A stretch of DNA of 64,000 nt from contig CBDCXV010000002.1 in assembly GCA_965223905.1 (NCBI GenBank), positions 32,001 to 96,000 on the forward strand. The letters run 5' to 3'. The translations under genes were made by a program, and so were the position numbers. Shown here one piece after another: positions 40,925 to 51,537 of the stretch (position 1 is its first letter; every line of letters starts with the position of its first letter). The notes under the pieces are model-generated. The model was not told where the DNA came from. It did no database searches and saw only the letters and a list, made by a program, of their open reading frames with translations. The DNA comes from Candidatus Latescibacterota bacterium (GTDB lineage Bacteria; Latescibacterota; UBA2968; UBA8231).

Positions 40925-43900
40925 GTGCACAAATTCCGGAATCTCAACTTGTCAATCCGGTCCTTCCCGCCCTGGATGATTCAAGTGTTCTTTGTGGTAT
41001 GGACTGGATATGTGCCGCTGCTATGGGCCCAGTCCCTGGATTTCACTCCCCCACGGCCAGAGGGACCCGCGAAAATTCAAAGCTCCTTGTGGAATCTGGC
41101 CGCAACGGGACAGGCCGCGGCAAAGGCAACTGGTGCGGCTACGGAGGATACGGTCGTCGTCACCCTGGTTCCCTATCCAGGCAAAGGCTCCGCCTCCATC
41201 GACTCGGCCTCCTTTGCGGAGCTTGGGGTCAAGGTTCTTGCCCGGTCTAAAAGCCTGATGCGGGTTTCAGTCCCGGCGTCGTCGCTGCTGGCAGTCTCGG
41301 AGATACCGGGAGTCACCTTTGTCCGCAAGCCTTACCGACCGCACGCACAGCAGGAGATTTGGAGTGAAGGCGGAGTTCTGATCAAAGCTTATGATAATTA
41401 TTTCACGGGCGTGAGAGGCCAAGGTGTCAAGGTGGCCATTATCGACGTGGGATTCAGAGGGGCGGACGACCTAGCTGGAGAAATGCCTGCGAGTTGGAAG
41501 TATCTCGACTATACGGATGAAGGGATGTACGCCGGCGACGAGGATCGCAGACACAGACATGGCACTGCCTGTGCGGAGATTATCCACGACATGGCGCAGG
41601 GAGCCGAATTGTTGCTGCTGAAGGTGGGGGATATCACGGATTTTGAGAATGCCAAAGATTTATCCATACGAGAAGGAATTGACATAGTCAATCATTCAAT
41701 CGGCTGGTTCGGAACAGGTATTGGGGATGGCCGAGGAACGGCCTGCGATATTGTAAATGACGCAGCTGAGAATGACATTCTCTGGGTAAATTCAGCGGGG
41801 AATGATGCAAAGAGCCATTACTACGGATTTTGGTCGGACTTCGATTCTGACGATTGGCACAATTTTAGCAGCGAAGACGAGGTACTCACGTTTGAAGCGG
41901 AGGAAGGAGATGAAATAAGGGTTTTTTTGACCTGGAATGATTGGCCAGACTCTCGTCAAAACTACGATCTGTACCTCCATTTCGTAAATTCCTTTGGCAA
42001 TCTGGAATTCGTCGCCGAAAGTACTGATCGCCAAAATGTTTTTGGTGGCGACCCTGTAGAAAGAATTGAATACGAGGTAGAAAAATCTGGAAAGTATGGC
42101 ATTTCTGTCCTCAGCGTAGACGCACGGACTAGAAGGCTAAAAATATGGTCCCTAAATCATGATTTTGAAGAATATGCGATCGCAGAAAACAGTATCGGAA
42201 GTCCTGCGGATGCAAGGGGGGCCATCAGCGTTGGGGCAGTACATTGGGACTACTATGACTTGGGCATTGTTGCAAGCTACAGCTCCCGAGGCCCTACCAC
42301 CGATGGTCGCTTCAAACCCGAACTCGTTGCCCCCAGTGGAGTATCGACGGTCTCTTATGGAGAGTCGGATGGAGAGTCGGAGGATTTTTATGGCTATTCT
42401 GGAACCTCTGCAGCAGCGCCCCATGTCGCCGGCGCCGCTGCCCTGATCAAGTCCGCCAATCCGTCCTTTTCGCGTGACGATTTGTGGGACGCACTCATTG
42501 CAGCAACGGTAGACATAGATGTTCCCGGCAGGGACAACAATTCCGGTTACGGCAAGCTCGTGCTCCCTGTCATGCAGATTCAGGAAGATCTATCTCCCCG
42601 AATCACATCCGTTAATCCACAGAGAGCGCAATACGGTCAGATCATAACCATCCAAGGAACCGGTTTTGGCGCAGACCGAGGAACCAGCAAGGTGATTTTC
42701 CACGAGGACAAACAACTCCAATATCCATCTCAATATGTCCACTGGAGTGACACCCGGATTCAGGTACGGGTACCGACCGGTGCGCGCAGCGGCCCACTGC
42801 AGGTAATAACAGATAGAGGAAGCGACACCTTTGAATTGGCGGTGACCTCTCCTTGGGTCAACAATATCTCTTTACAGAGAAGAAGTACGGATATTCTCGT
42901 TACCGTCAACGGTACCAATTTCGGTTCAACACGGGGAAGCAGCTCTGTAACAGTCGGCTCGGCAAGGATCTCTTCGTCTTCCTTCTCCACATGGACGAGC
43001 AGTCGCATCAGGTTCTCTATTCCACACAATACCCGGTCCGCAGATCTCAAGGTCCGGACCTCGGAAGGGACGAGTAACGGTGTCCTACTGGACCTACCAA
43101 GTCCCTACTTGAGACAGGTATCTCCCAATAGCGTACGCCACGGGGATCGTCTGACCCTCTCAGGATCTTATTTCAACCATCAGCGGGGGAATGGCTACGT
43201 CCTTTTCCACCCCAACGTCCGCCCTTCATCAAGCGACTACGTCTCCTGGGGAGATCGGCGGATTATCGTGAAAGTACCCTCCCGTGCTCAAAGCGGAAAT
43301 GTGAAGGTGGTTACGCTCAATGGGTCATCCGGGACAAGGCGTATTGAAGTTGAAGAGGTTGTGGAGCCTCAGATCACTTCGGTGACCCCCAGCCCCGTGC
43401 GGTACAATCAAGTCGTGACCATTCGCGGTACCGGTTTCGGTTCCATCCGTGGGACCAGCAAGGTGGTTTTCTACCTGGGCCAGGAACTCAGCTCCTCCCA
43501 GTATGTGAGCTGGAGCGACACCCGGATTCAGGTACGAGTACCCACCGGAGCGCGTACCGGCAATCTGCGGGTCGTGACCGCAAGAGGGAACGACACGTTC
43601 CGTGTGACGATCACCTCTCCCTGGGTCAGAACCATCTCCCCCCGCAGCGGCAGGTCCAATACCCTAGTTACCGTAACCGGGAGCAACTTCGGTTCTTTGC
43701 GTGGGGGCAGCACGGTGAGGATTGGCTGGGCAGCGATTCCTTCGTTCACCGCCTGGTCGAGCAGCCGAATCCAGTTTCGCATTCCCGTCAACACGAGATC
43801 CGGAAATCTCAGCGTCAGGACCTCGGAAGGAACGAGCAACACTGTCTTCCTTGAAGTGACGAACCCCTACCTGAGCCGGGTATTTCCGACCCGCGTGGAA

Positions 43901-44791
43901 CCAGGGGATCGCCTGACGCTGACGGGAGCCAATTTCAGAAGCACCCGAGGCACCGGTTACGTCCTGTTTTCACCCAATGCCCGACCTTTGTCCGGGGATT
44001 ACGCAACCTGGAGCGACACCCGAATCGTCGTCGAAGTTCCTTCCCGTGCCGAAAGCGGAAACGTGAAGGTCGTTACGCTTTATGGGTCATCCGGGAACAG
44101 GCGTATCGAGGTGGAACGGGAAGAGGTGGAACCGCTCCCGAGCACGGGGGTTTTCGGCTACGATCCTCCCGGCCTTACGAAGAATCCGGAAAGCGTCAGG
44201 TTCCGCTTCGAGGGAATCGGCGAGGATATTGCTATGACCTGGACTCTGAAAAACGAGGCCGAAATCGATGTTCTGGTTAACGGCCGGCATCATTTGTCCG
44301 TTGAGAAAAGCGACGATTGGAAATCCTGGTGGACCCTTCTTGGCCAGGCGGATCTCAATTCCGGCCAGAACGTGATCGAATTTCGCAATCAAGCGAACCA
44401 GAATCGCTCTTCTTCCTTTACCCACTGGCAGTTGAAGGACGTGAAACTGTGGAAGCCCTTCAGTGCGAAGCCGATTGCAGGAGCGACCTTTCTGGGATCT
44501 TCCCGGCCCGTTCTCGAAACCGCCCTTGGCGACCCCTTTCCCACGCCGTTCAACGCCAGCGTTACCGTACCCTTCACCACCCCTGAACCCGGCCAGGTAC
44601 GTATCTCCCTCTTCAACCTCATGGGGCAGCAGGTTCGCGTCCTGCACGACGGCTGGACCGAGGCCGGGGAACACCAGGCCAACTGGGACGGCCGCAGTGA
44701 TTCCGGGGCGGAAGCCGCCTCCGGCATTTATTGGGCATTGCTCAGAACCGAACAGTTCGCGCAATCGATCAGGCTGGTGCTGATTCGGTGA
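40925..44791 (+). CDS. Secreted S8 (subtilase) serine peptidase with IPT/TIG repeats and FlgD/T9SS-like C-terminal domain
   Basis: Triad IIDVGF / HGTACAE / GTSAAAPHVAG; repeated ITSV.P...I.GTGFG; PFPTPFNAS...WDGRSDSG..AASGIY; start uncertain. Confidence 0.9.
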   Translation: MHKFRNLNLSIRSFPPWMIQVFFVVWTGYVPLLWAQSLDFTPPRPEGPAKIQSSLWNLAATGQAAAKATGAATEDTVVVTLVPYPGKGSASIDSASFAELGVKVLARSKSLMRVSVPASSLLAVSEIPGVTFVRKPYRPHAQQEIWSEGGVLIKAYDNYFTGVRGQGVKVAIIDVGFRGADDLAGEMPASWKYLDYTDEGMYAGDEDRRHRHGTACAEIIHDMAQGAELLLLKVGDITDFENAKDLSIREGIDIVNHSIGWFGTGIGDGRGTACDIVNDAAENDILWVNSAGNDAKSHYYGFWSDFDSDDWHNFSSEDEVLTFEAEEGDEIRVFLTWNDWPDSRQNYDLYLHFVNSFGNLEFVAESTDRQNVFGGDPVERIEYEVEKSGKYGISVLSVDARTRRLKIWSLNHDFEEYAIAENSIGSPADARGAISVGAVHWDYYDLGIVASYSSRGPTTDGRFKPELVAPSGVSTVSYGESDGESEDFYGYSGTSAAAPHVAGAAALIKSANPSFSRDDLWDALIAATVDIDVPGRDNNSGYGKLVLPVMQIQEDLSPRITSVNPQRAQYGQIITIQGTGFGADRGTSKVIFHEDKQLQYPSQYVHWSDTRIQVRVPTGARSGPLQVITDRGSDTFELAVTSPWVNNISLQRRSTDILVTVNGTNFGSTRGSSSVTVGSARISSSSFSTWTSSRIRFSIPHNTRSADLKVRTSEGTSNGVLLDLPSPYLRQVSPNSVRHGDRLTLSGSYFNHQRGNGYVLFHPNVRPSSSDYVSWGDRRIIVKVPSRAQSGNVKVVTLNGSSGTRRIEVEEVVEPQITSVTPSPVRYNQVVTIRGTGFGSIRGTSKVVFYLGQELSSSQYVSWSDTRIQVRVPTGARTGNLRVVTARGNDTFRVTITSPWVRTISPRSGRSNTLVTVTGSNFGSLRGGSTVRIGWAAIPSFTAWSSSRIQFRIPVNTRSGNLSVRTSEGTSNTVFLEVTNPYLSRVFPTRVEPGDRLTLTGANFRSTRGTGYVLFSPNARPLSGDYATWSDTRIVVEVPSRAESGNVKVVTLYGSSGNRRIEVEREEVEPLPSTGVFGYDPPGLTKNPESVRFRFEGIGEDIAMTWTLKNEAEIDVLVNGRHHLSVEKSDDWKSWWTLLGQADLNSGQNVIEFRNQANQNRSSSFTHWQLKDVKLWKPFSAKPIAGATFLGSSRPVLETALGDPFPTPFNASVTVPFTTPEPGQVRISLFNLMGQQVRVLHDGWTEAGEHQANWDGRSDSGAEAASGIYWALLRTEQFAQSIRLVLIR

Positions 44792-44831
44792 GCGGCAACG
44801 TGATGGAACATGATGATGGAAAGGTGAACTC

Positions 44832-45626
44832 ATGGATCTCGGACTGACCGGTAAAACCGCCCTCGTTACCGGCGGCAGCCGCGGCATCGGCCGCGCCATC
44901 GCCCTCGGCTTCGCCCGCGAAGGCTGCAAGCTCGGCATCTGCTGCCGGGGAAGCGACGGCCTCGAGAAGATGCTGGCGGAGCTGGATTCCCTCGGGGCCG
45001 AGGCGTTCGGAATCTCCGCCGACGTCATCCGGCCCGGGGAATGCGAGCGCTTCGTCGCCGCCGCGGCCGAGGCCCTGGGAGGGGCCGACATCCTCGTCAA
45101 CAACGTCGGCGGGGCTGCCGGGGGCACCCTCGAATCCTCCAGCGACGAGGACTGGGCCGCGACCTTCGACCTCAACCTGTTTCACGCGGTGCGCGCCACC
45201 CGCGCCGCCCTGCCCCACTTCCGGAAGCGCGGCGGCGGCAGCGTCGTGATCATCTCCTCGATCTCCGGCTGGAAGCCGGCTCCCACCGGGGCGCAGTACG
45301 GCTGCGCCAAGGCGGCGGAGATGCACCTCGCCGGTGCCCTGGCGATGGAGCTGGCCCCGGACAACGTCCGGGTGAACACCGTGTGCCCGGGCTCCATCCT
45401 TTTTCCCGGCGGCGGCTGGGACCTGATGCAGGGCAGGGAGCCGCAGGAGTTCGGCGAGTTTGAAAAACGGGAGTTCCCCGCGGGCCGGCTCGGCGGCGCC
45501 GAGGAGGTCGCCGACGCCGAGGAGGTCGCCGACGCCGTGGTCTACCTGGCTTCGGAACGGGCGAGCTGGATCAACGGGGCCTCGGTGCCCGTCGACGGAG
45601 CCCAGGGCCGGCCGTCGATTTTCTGA
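44832..45626 (+). CDS. SDR-family oxidoreductase
   Basis: TGGSRGIG, NNVG, YGCAK. Confidence 0.92.
   Translation: MDLGLTGKTALVTGGSRGIGRAIALGFAREGCKLGICCRGSDGLEKMLAELDSLGAEAFGISADVIRPGECERFVAAAAEALGGADILVNNVGGAAGGTLESSSDEDWAATFDLNLFHAVRATRAALPHFRKRGGGSVVIISSISGWKPAPTGAQYGCAKAAEMHLAGALAMELAPDNVRVNTVCPGSILFPGGGWDLMQGREPQEFGEFEKREFPAGRLGGAEEVADAEEVADAVVYLASERASWINGASVPVDGAQGRPSIF
45498..45533 (+). repeat. 18-bp in-frame tandem duplication
   Basis: GCCGAGGAGGTCGCCGAC x2 (AEEVAD AEEVAD). Confidence 0.9.
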
Positions 45627-45638
45627 AGGAGGTACTCC

Positions 45639-45911
45639 TTGGCGGATTCCCTGAAGAACATGACCCTTCGCGGACTGGATCCCCAGCTCGCAGCCAGGTT
45701 GAGAGAGGAGGCCGAGCGGGAGGGCAAGAGTGTGAACCAGACCGCCTTGGACGCCCTTCGAAAGCATTTCGGATTGAGCAAGTCCCGGCGGTTCACGGAG
45801 GTCCATCGAGACCTGGATCACCTTTTCGGACGATGGGACGAGGATGAGTTCGTTCGGATTCAGCAGAGCATCGACTCCGGCCGGCGAATCGATCCGGACC
45901 TCTGGCGGTGA
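45639..45911 (+). CDS. Ribbon-helix-helix antitoxin (FitA/VapB-like)
   Basis: MTLRGLDPQL..RL..EA..EGKSVN; DLDHLFGRWDEDEF...IDPDLW. Confidence 0.75.
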   Translation: MADSLKNMTLRGLDPQLAARLREEAEREGKSVNQTALDALRKHFGLSKSRRFTEVHRDLDHLFGRWDEDEFVRIQQSIDSGRRIDPDLWR

Positions 45912-46018
45912 ACGAGTCCTTGCTCGATACCAACTTGCCCGTGACCTCCTTCCGGTCCCTTTCCCTCCCCGGCGGCCCTATCTACACTTTCCCCGCTTCT
46001 CCGGGAGATACCGCATGA
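45908..46018 (+). pseudogene. Stub of a PIN-domain (VapC) toxin
   Basis: GTGA overlap with the antitoxin stop; begins VNESLLDTN then unrelated sequence, 36 codons. Confidence 0.55.
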
Positions 46019-46848
46019 TCCGCCTGAACGAACAGCAGCTCAACTTCTTCGACACCTTCGGCTACCTGGCCCTGCCGGGGCTGATGGGCGACTGCATCGA
46101 CGAGATCATCGACGCCTTCGAGGCGGTCTGGGTCGAGCGCGGCGGGGGCCACGACGGCAGTCCGCACGACGGCACACGGCGCTCCTGCATCGTGCCCTTC
46201 ATCGATCAGCACGAGCGCCTCTGCGCCCTGCTCGACGACCCGCGCATCGAGGGGCTGCTCGCCAGCCTGCTCGGCGACGACTTCAACTACAGCAGCTCCG
46301 ACGGCAACTACTACGCCGGGGACACGCAGTGGCACTCCGACGGCTACCAGAAGGAGGTGCGCCACGTCAAGATCGCCTTCTACCTCGACCGCCTGACCCG
46401 CGACACCGGCTGCCTGCGGGTGATTCCGGGCAGCCACCGGCTCGGCGACCGCTACGCCGGGATGCTCGAGGCGAACGCGCGCAACTCGCAGGAGCAGTGG
46501 GGCATCACCGGAGACCAGGTGCCGGCCGCCGCCCTCGAAATCGTTCCGGGAGACGTCGTCGTCTTCCAGCACAACCTCAAGCACAGCGCCTTCGGGGGCG
46601 GCGGCCGCCGCCGCATGTTCACCATCAACTGCATGGTGCGCGTCCCCGAGGAGCGGATCGACATCGTCAGGAACGACATGGCCGGGCTCGCCCGCTTCTG
46701 GATGGAGCGGGCCTACGGCGAGAAGATGCTGGCTACCGCCAGCCCCCGGCGCATGGTGCACCTCGAGCAGAGGATGGCCAACGAAGGCCACCTCAAGGAA
46801 CTGGCAGCGAAGGCGCGGGCCGAAATGGCCGAGCCGTCGCGGGGATAG
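46015..46848 (+). CDS. Phytanoyl-CoA dioxygenase (PhyH) family 2OG-Fe(II) oxygenase
   Basis: FFDTFGYL, WHSD, GCLRVIPGSH, PGDVVVF...H. Confidence 0.9.
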   Translation: MIRLNEQQLNFFDTFGYLALPGLMGDCIDEIIDAFEAVWVERGGGHDGSPHDGTRRSCIVPFIDQHERLCALLDDPRIEGLLASLLGDDFNYSSSDGNYYAGDTQWHSDGYQKEVRHVKIAFYLDRLTRDTGCLRVIPGSHRLGDRYAGMLEANARNSQEQWGITGDQVPAAALEIVPGDVVVFQHNLKHSAFGGGGRRRMFTINCMVRVPEERIDIVRNDMAGLARFWMERAYGEKMLATASPRRMVHLEQRMANEGHLKELAAKARAEMAEPSRG

Positions 46849-46854
46849 GGGATC

Positions 46855-47781
46855 ATGAGCGACAACTACGAATTCAAGATGGGGATGTACCTCGGCGAGC
46901 TGCAGCAGCCGTTCGAGGAATCGCTGGACACGGCGCGCGACCTCGGGGCCGGCTACGTCTGGTGCGGCACCCACTCCGACAACCGCGCCATCTACGAGCT
47001 GCCCGACGCCGAGATCGACAAGGCCGCCGGGCAGGTCGCCGCCCGCGGTCTCGAGTTCTTCCTGCTCGACGGGGCCGGGCTGTTCAAGCCCGTCCACCTC
47101 GCCGAGCTCGAGCCGGGCCGAATGCTGGAACATGGCCAGTTCAAGGAGCAGTTCGACAAGCTGCAGCGGTCGATGGAAGTCTCGGCCCGCCTGGGGATCG
47201 CCGCGGTCGGCTGCAGCAGCTTCGCCTGGCCGGCCGAGTACACCGGCGGCAAGCCGACCTGGCCGATGCGCTGGGCGACCCGCGGCGGCATCATCTCCGA
47301 CGGGGACATGGCCAAGCTCGTCGAGGCCTTCTCGATGTTCGCCGACCTCGCCGAGAAGCACGAGGTCGACGTCGCCTTCCTGATGATGCAGTGGAACTAC
47401 GGCAACACCAGCCGCAACTTCCGCCGCATCGTCGAGGCGGTCGGCTCGAAGCGCTTCAAGGTGCTCTGGTGCCCGGCCGACAACTTCAACTGCGGCGAGG
47501 TCGACAACGCCAGCGCCGGGTTCGAGAACCTGCGCCCCTACCTGCACGGCGTGCATGCCAAGGACCTGCGCACCATCGACGGCTCGAAGCTCGAATTCGA
47601 GTACGCCCCGATCGGCGAGGGGGACGTCGACTACCCGACGATCCTGCGCAACCTGCGCGACAACCGCTGCGACGTCGTCCTGTCGATCGCCACCCACTTC
47701 CTGCCGGAAAGCGGGTCGCGGCTCGAGGCGATGCGGACGAACTACGCCAACATCCGCAGGCTCATCGGCGAGCTGCCGTAG
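46855..47781 (+). CDS. Sugar phosphate isomerase/epimerase (xylose isomerase-like TIM barrel)
   Basis: VHAKD, PIGEGDVDY motifs. Confidence 0.8.
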   Translation: MSDNYEFKMGMYLGELQQPFEESLDTARDLGAGYVWCGTHSDNRAIYELPDAEIDKAAGQVAARGLEFFLLDGAGLFKPVHLAELEPGRMLEHGQFKEQFDKLQRSMEVSARLGIAAVGCSSFAWPAEYTGGKPTWPMRWATRGGIISDGDMAKLVEAFSMFADLAEKHEVDVAFLMMQWNYGNTSRNFRRIVEAVGSKRFKVLWCPADNFNCGEVDNASAGFENLRPYLHGVHAKDLRTIDGSKLEFEYAPIGEGDVDYPTILRNLRDNRCDVVLSIATHFLPESGSRLEAMRTNYANIRRLIGELP

Positions 47782-47789
47782 CTTCCGCC

Positions 47790-48092
47790 TTACTCGGGAT
47801 CATCATCCCTCATCGAGTGAAGCAGGGATGAGGTATCGTCCAGATCGATACCGGGTCGCACGCCCCGCCCTTTGAAGGTCTTCAAGGGAACCCTGTCCAA
47901 CATCGGCTCCGGTGCCGCTTCCCCGTTGGCGTGCATGTCTGCGAGGCACTCGCGCACAAGGCGCTGAATGCCGGACAACGCTGCAGCGGGGGTAGGTGCC
48001 AGCCAGCTCAGCGATGGGAATTCAGCGCACAGTCCCACATGTGCGTTGTCTTCGGCCGACCATGTGGTGCGGTAGGTGTACCGGTCGCTCAT
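47790..48092 (-). CDS. Chimeric HicB-like antitoxin (HicB N-domain + foreign VapB-like tail), no hicA
   Basis: N-terminal ~63 aa close to 55309..55635; tail LKTFKGRGVRPGIDLDD replaces the RHH domain. Confidence 0.65.
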   Translation of the reverse strand: MSDRYTYRTTWSAEDNAHVGLCAEFPSLSWLAPTPAAALSGIQRLVRECLADMHANGEAAPEPMLDRVPLKTFKGRGVRPGIDLDDTSSLLHSMRDDDPE

Positions 48093-48206
48093 AGCATGCC
48101 TTCCCATTTTGTCGGTTTACCTTGAACAGTCAACTGCCCCCGACCTCGCCGGACGACCTGATTTTGTGATCTTATTTCTGCCGTTTGCAAGTGAAAGGAA
48201 ACCAGT

Positions 48207-48602
48207 ATGTCCATCGATCAGATGAACCACTACCAGCGCAAGCTCGCTTTTGAAATGGATTCATGGGATCTCTACGAAGCACTGTCCGTGAAAGAACCCA
48301 TCACAGTCGTCGACGGCCGTTCCGCCGAGGCTTATGCCCAGGAGCATATTCCAGGTGCGCTCAACCTGCCCCACAGGGAAATCTGTTTCAATTCCACCGG
48401 GTCGCTCGACAAATCCAAAGTCCATGTCTGCTACTGCGACGGCATCGGGTGCAACGCCTCGACGAAGACGGCGCTGAAGCTGCTTACACTGGAGTTTCAG
48501 GTGCGCGAGCTGATCGGCGGGCTCGACTGGTGGAAGCGGGACGGCTACGCCACCTCAGGCACCAAGGGGCAACCCGGGACCGAGATCGAATGCGGATGCT
48601 GA
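48207..48602 (+). CDS. Rhodanese-like domain protein
   Basis: VVDGR..EAYAQEHIPGA, YCDGIGCNAS, LIGGLDWW. Confidence 0.9.
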   Translation: MSIDQMNHYQRKLAFEMDSWDLYEALSVKEPITVVDGRSAEAYAQEHIPGALNLPHREICFNSTGSLDKSKVHVCYCDGIGCNASTKTALKLLTLEFQVRELIGGLDWWKRDGYATSGTKGQPGTEIECGC

Positions 48603-48642
48603 ACCAGGGTTAACGGGGATCAATACGATTCGGTGGAGGCTG

Positions 48643-51537
48643 TCATCCGTTTACATTCCCCACACCATGACCACGTGCTGCTTCTGGTTTCGTCTCGGCG
48701 GAGCCTCGGCTGGCACCTATCCCAAGGATCCCAAGGTTAAAGTTCAGCTCGTCCGCGATGCTCCGGGGCAAGGGGATCGTCTCGGCAGAATCCGGAGTTA
48801 TCAGACTGGCAACCTGGTCCTGTCCCATCACCACACGGAACCACTGCTCACGTTCGGTCATTACTTTGTACTGGCGGTCATCGGCAGCACCCGCCAGGTA
48901 CGGAAGATACACGGTGATGGGTTCTTGCCCCTCCGCCTTGCAGCCGAGGCGGTCGACGCGGCCGGTTCTCTGCTCGATGCTGCTTGGGTTCCACGCCAAG
49001 TCGTGGTGGATGACGTGGCGGCAGTTGCGCTGAAGATCCACTCCTTCTCCCATCACCTGGCTGCAGACGAAGATGTCCGGGAAGAACGGCGTGTTGAAGG
49101 CACGCATGAGTCGTGAACGGGTGTCTCGGTTCGTTAACCCTGTGGCCATCTGAACGTTCGCAATGCCCCCCGTCCTGATAGCGGCCGTGGCGTCCAGATA
49201 GTCGTCTCGCTCCTTGGACGAACAGTAGCATGTCAGGAAGTCCACGAATTTCTCGAACTTCCTCCGCCAAGTCAGGCTCGATGCGTCTTCTTTGTCGAGC
49301 ATCCGCTCGACGACCATTTCCGGCTCCCGGGCTTCGTACTCCTCGATGGGGAAACAGCGGACCAATGTGGTCGGCACTCGAAGATATCGACGCATCACCC
49401 CGATTATCCGATCCAAAGTCTGCTGCCGAACACCGGAGACGCACAGATCATCGCGACGGCGATCCACGATGGAACGGAGGGCCTTATCGAGTTCCCTGCG
49501 GCCCGGGGCCTCACGGTCGTCGAAATACCGGACCCTAATCCTGTTCAAGACTTGGGTGACTTCGGTTTCTTCGATGGACTCTCCCGGCTTTGCGAGGCGG
49601 CGACGAGCAAGCGCTGCGGTCCGCTTCTCGATCTCTTTTCTGATGTGAATGCGAAGGGCGGCACAGGTCTGGCGATAGAAGGCGAACACGAGGACCTTCT
49701 CCCCGGCCTCCCATAGATCGACCGTCTTTTGCACGGTAGCCCCGATTTTTGGGTGAATACACCCGGTGCATTGCTTTAGCGCCGTGTCGAACTCCCGAAG
49801 ATACCAGCCCGAATGTGTGAGATCCGCGGAACCGGGTTCGTCGTCGGTATCATCACGCTCGGGTGCACGCTGTTCCCTGGTGTTGCGAAAGGCTTCGTAG
49901 GAAGAGCAAAGGGCCTCCCCCAGCAGATCCTTCCCAGGATTGACTGCACTGCGAGCCGCGAGAAAAAAGGGCAGCAGTTGGTCGCTTGGGACCGGAAGGC
50001 CCGTAGTGCCGTCTTGCCCGGCGACCGCTGAGCCTTCGATCCTGCGGCGGCGCTCGATCCCGGTCCCGCTCCAATAGGCGCCCTTGTTGTGGCGGACGAT
50101 CCATGGTCGGAGAGCCTTTTCGGCAGTTTTTTGGAGAATGCCCGACTTCCGGAAGCTTTCGACGACCGCCCGTTGTCGGCTCGTGAGCTCGTCGAGCGGC
50201 GAGTTGCAGAGTCGCATCCACCACCTTTCTACCTCCTCCTCCTCGCAGTCTTCGGGCCGCAGTCGGCTCCAGCGGCGCTGCAGAGCGACTGCGGCCCGCT
50301 GGCTGTCGTCGAGGTGCTCGCTAAGTGTCTGGAGACGCTCGATGAACTTCCCCCGCTCGCCGAACTGCGCTGGATCCCAGCGGACGTCCGAAAACCTTTC
50401 GAGGACGCGAACCAACTCGTGGTGACCAAGCTGAAACGGCGTTGCGGTCAGGAAGAGCATCCGATCGAAAGCGCCGGCCATGGCACCGTCGCCGGTGCGC
50501 AAGTCGCTCTTCGAATCCTGGGACTGAAGTTGCCGGGCGAGCGACGTGCCGGGATTCTTCAGATGGTGCGCCTCATCCACGACCAGAAGCGGTGAACGCC
50601 AGCGCGCCTGGGCCAGGAGATCTTTCCAGAGCATTTCCTCGACCGCCTTCAAGGCTTTCCGCACGTCGTCGAGGCGTTCCGAGACCCGTTCCGGGCCGCC
50701 GGTAGCCCGGAGCGGTATCTGTTTCAACGCCTCGGCGAGAGGCGACAGATCGATCCGTTTAAGCTTGAGTGCGCGCGCGACCGACTTCGGCACAGGGTCG
50801 TCAGGCAGTTGTCGCCGCTCGTTTCGCACCTCGCTGTTGTAGATCCGTTTCCACTCGGACGGGTCGGTCTTGAGAAGACTCTTCCACAGTTCATCACCCC
50901 AGTCGTGGGCTCGCTCCTCGCCTATCGCCTTCAACAACTCGGCGAGGAAGCGGTGGATCTGCTGCTTCACCTTGATCAGCTGCCTAGCGCCACCCCGGCC
51001 GTGCCGCCTCAACGCCTCGGCGATCAATGCCAGCCGCACCCATTTGTCCGTCTGGCTACGAGACATGGCTCCTTGTGCCAGCAGGATGAGATGGCAGCGC
51101 CGGCGCGGCGGATCGTCGAGGAGACGCATCAGGTCGACGCTGTGCCGAGCGGTGCCATAGCGCACAGCTTCGGGGGCGGCCAGTTCCCGTGCAGTCGCGA
51201 TATCGCAACGGACCGGGCGGCGATTCTCGAGGTAGAGTTCGCAGAACGTCGCCAGGTCCTGTTCCCACTTGTCGATGAGATTCGGGGGAACCATCACGAC
51301 AACCGGGCCACGCCGATTCCGGACGGCGGTGCTGTACGCGACGGCGAGCGCGACGAAGGTTTTCCCCATCCCGACTTCGTCAGCGAGGATCACACCTGGT
51401 CGGCGGCGCAGCCTTGACAGGATCTCCTTGACCTCTTCACGCTGGCGCTTCTGGTCCGCCGCGGGGACGCGGTTGTTCATCCGTTTCCCGAGCACGAGCT
51501 CAGGTGGAACGGTGTACGAATTGTTCTTTATCGACAT
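48643..51537 (-). CDS. SNF2-like superfamily 2 helicase (putative defence system component)
   Basis: LADEVGMGKT, DEAHH, LTATP, GEGVDLQ, EQRTGRVDR. Confidence 0.9.
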   Translation of the reverse strand: MSIKNNSYTVPPELVLGKRMNNRVPAADQKRQREEVKEILSRLRRRPGVILADEVGMGKTFVALAVAYSTAVRNRRGPVVVMVPPNLIDKWEQDLATFCELYLENRRPVRCDIATARELAAPEAVRYGTARHSVDLMRLLDDPPRRRCHLILLAQGAMSRSQTDKWVRLALIAEALRRHGRGGARQLIKVKQQIHRFLAELLKAIGEERAHDWGDELWKSLLKTDPSEWKRIYNSEVRNERRQLPDDPVPKSVARALKLKRIDLSPLAEALKQIPLRATGGPERVSERLDDVRKALKAVEEMLWKDLLAQARWRSPLLVVDEAHHLKNPGTSLARQLQSQDSKSDLRTGDGAMAGAFDRMLFLTATPFQLGHHELVRVLERFSDVRWDPAQFGERGKFIERLQTLSEHLDDSQRAAVALQRRWSRLRPEDCEEEEVERWWMRLCNSPLDELTSRQRAVVESFRKSGILQKTAEKALRPWIVRHNKGAYWSGTGIERRRRIEGSAVAGQDGTTGLPVPSDQLLPFFLAARSAVNPGKDLLGEALCSSYEAFRNTREQRAPERDDTDDEPGSADLTHSGWYLREFDTALKQCTGCIHPKIGATVQKTVDLWEAGEKVLVFAFYRQTCAALRIHIRKEIEKRTAALARRRLAKPGESIEETEVTQVLNRIRVRYFDDREAPGRRELDKALRSIVDRRRDDLCVSGVRQQTLDRIIGVMRRYLRVPTTLVRCFPIEEYEAREPEMVVERMLDKEDASSLTWRRKFEKFVDFLTCYCSSKERDDYLDATAAIRTGGIANVQMATGLTNRDTRSRLMRAFNTPFFPDIFVCSQVMGEGVDLQRNCRHVIHHDLAWNPSSIEQRTGRVDRLGCKAEGQEPITVYLPYLAGAADDRQYKVMTEREQWFRVVMGQDQVASLITPDSAETIPLPRSIADELNFNLGILGIGASRGSAETKPEAARGHGVGNVNG

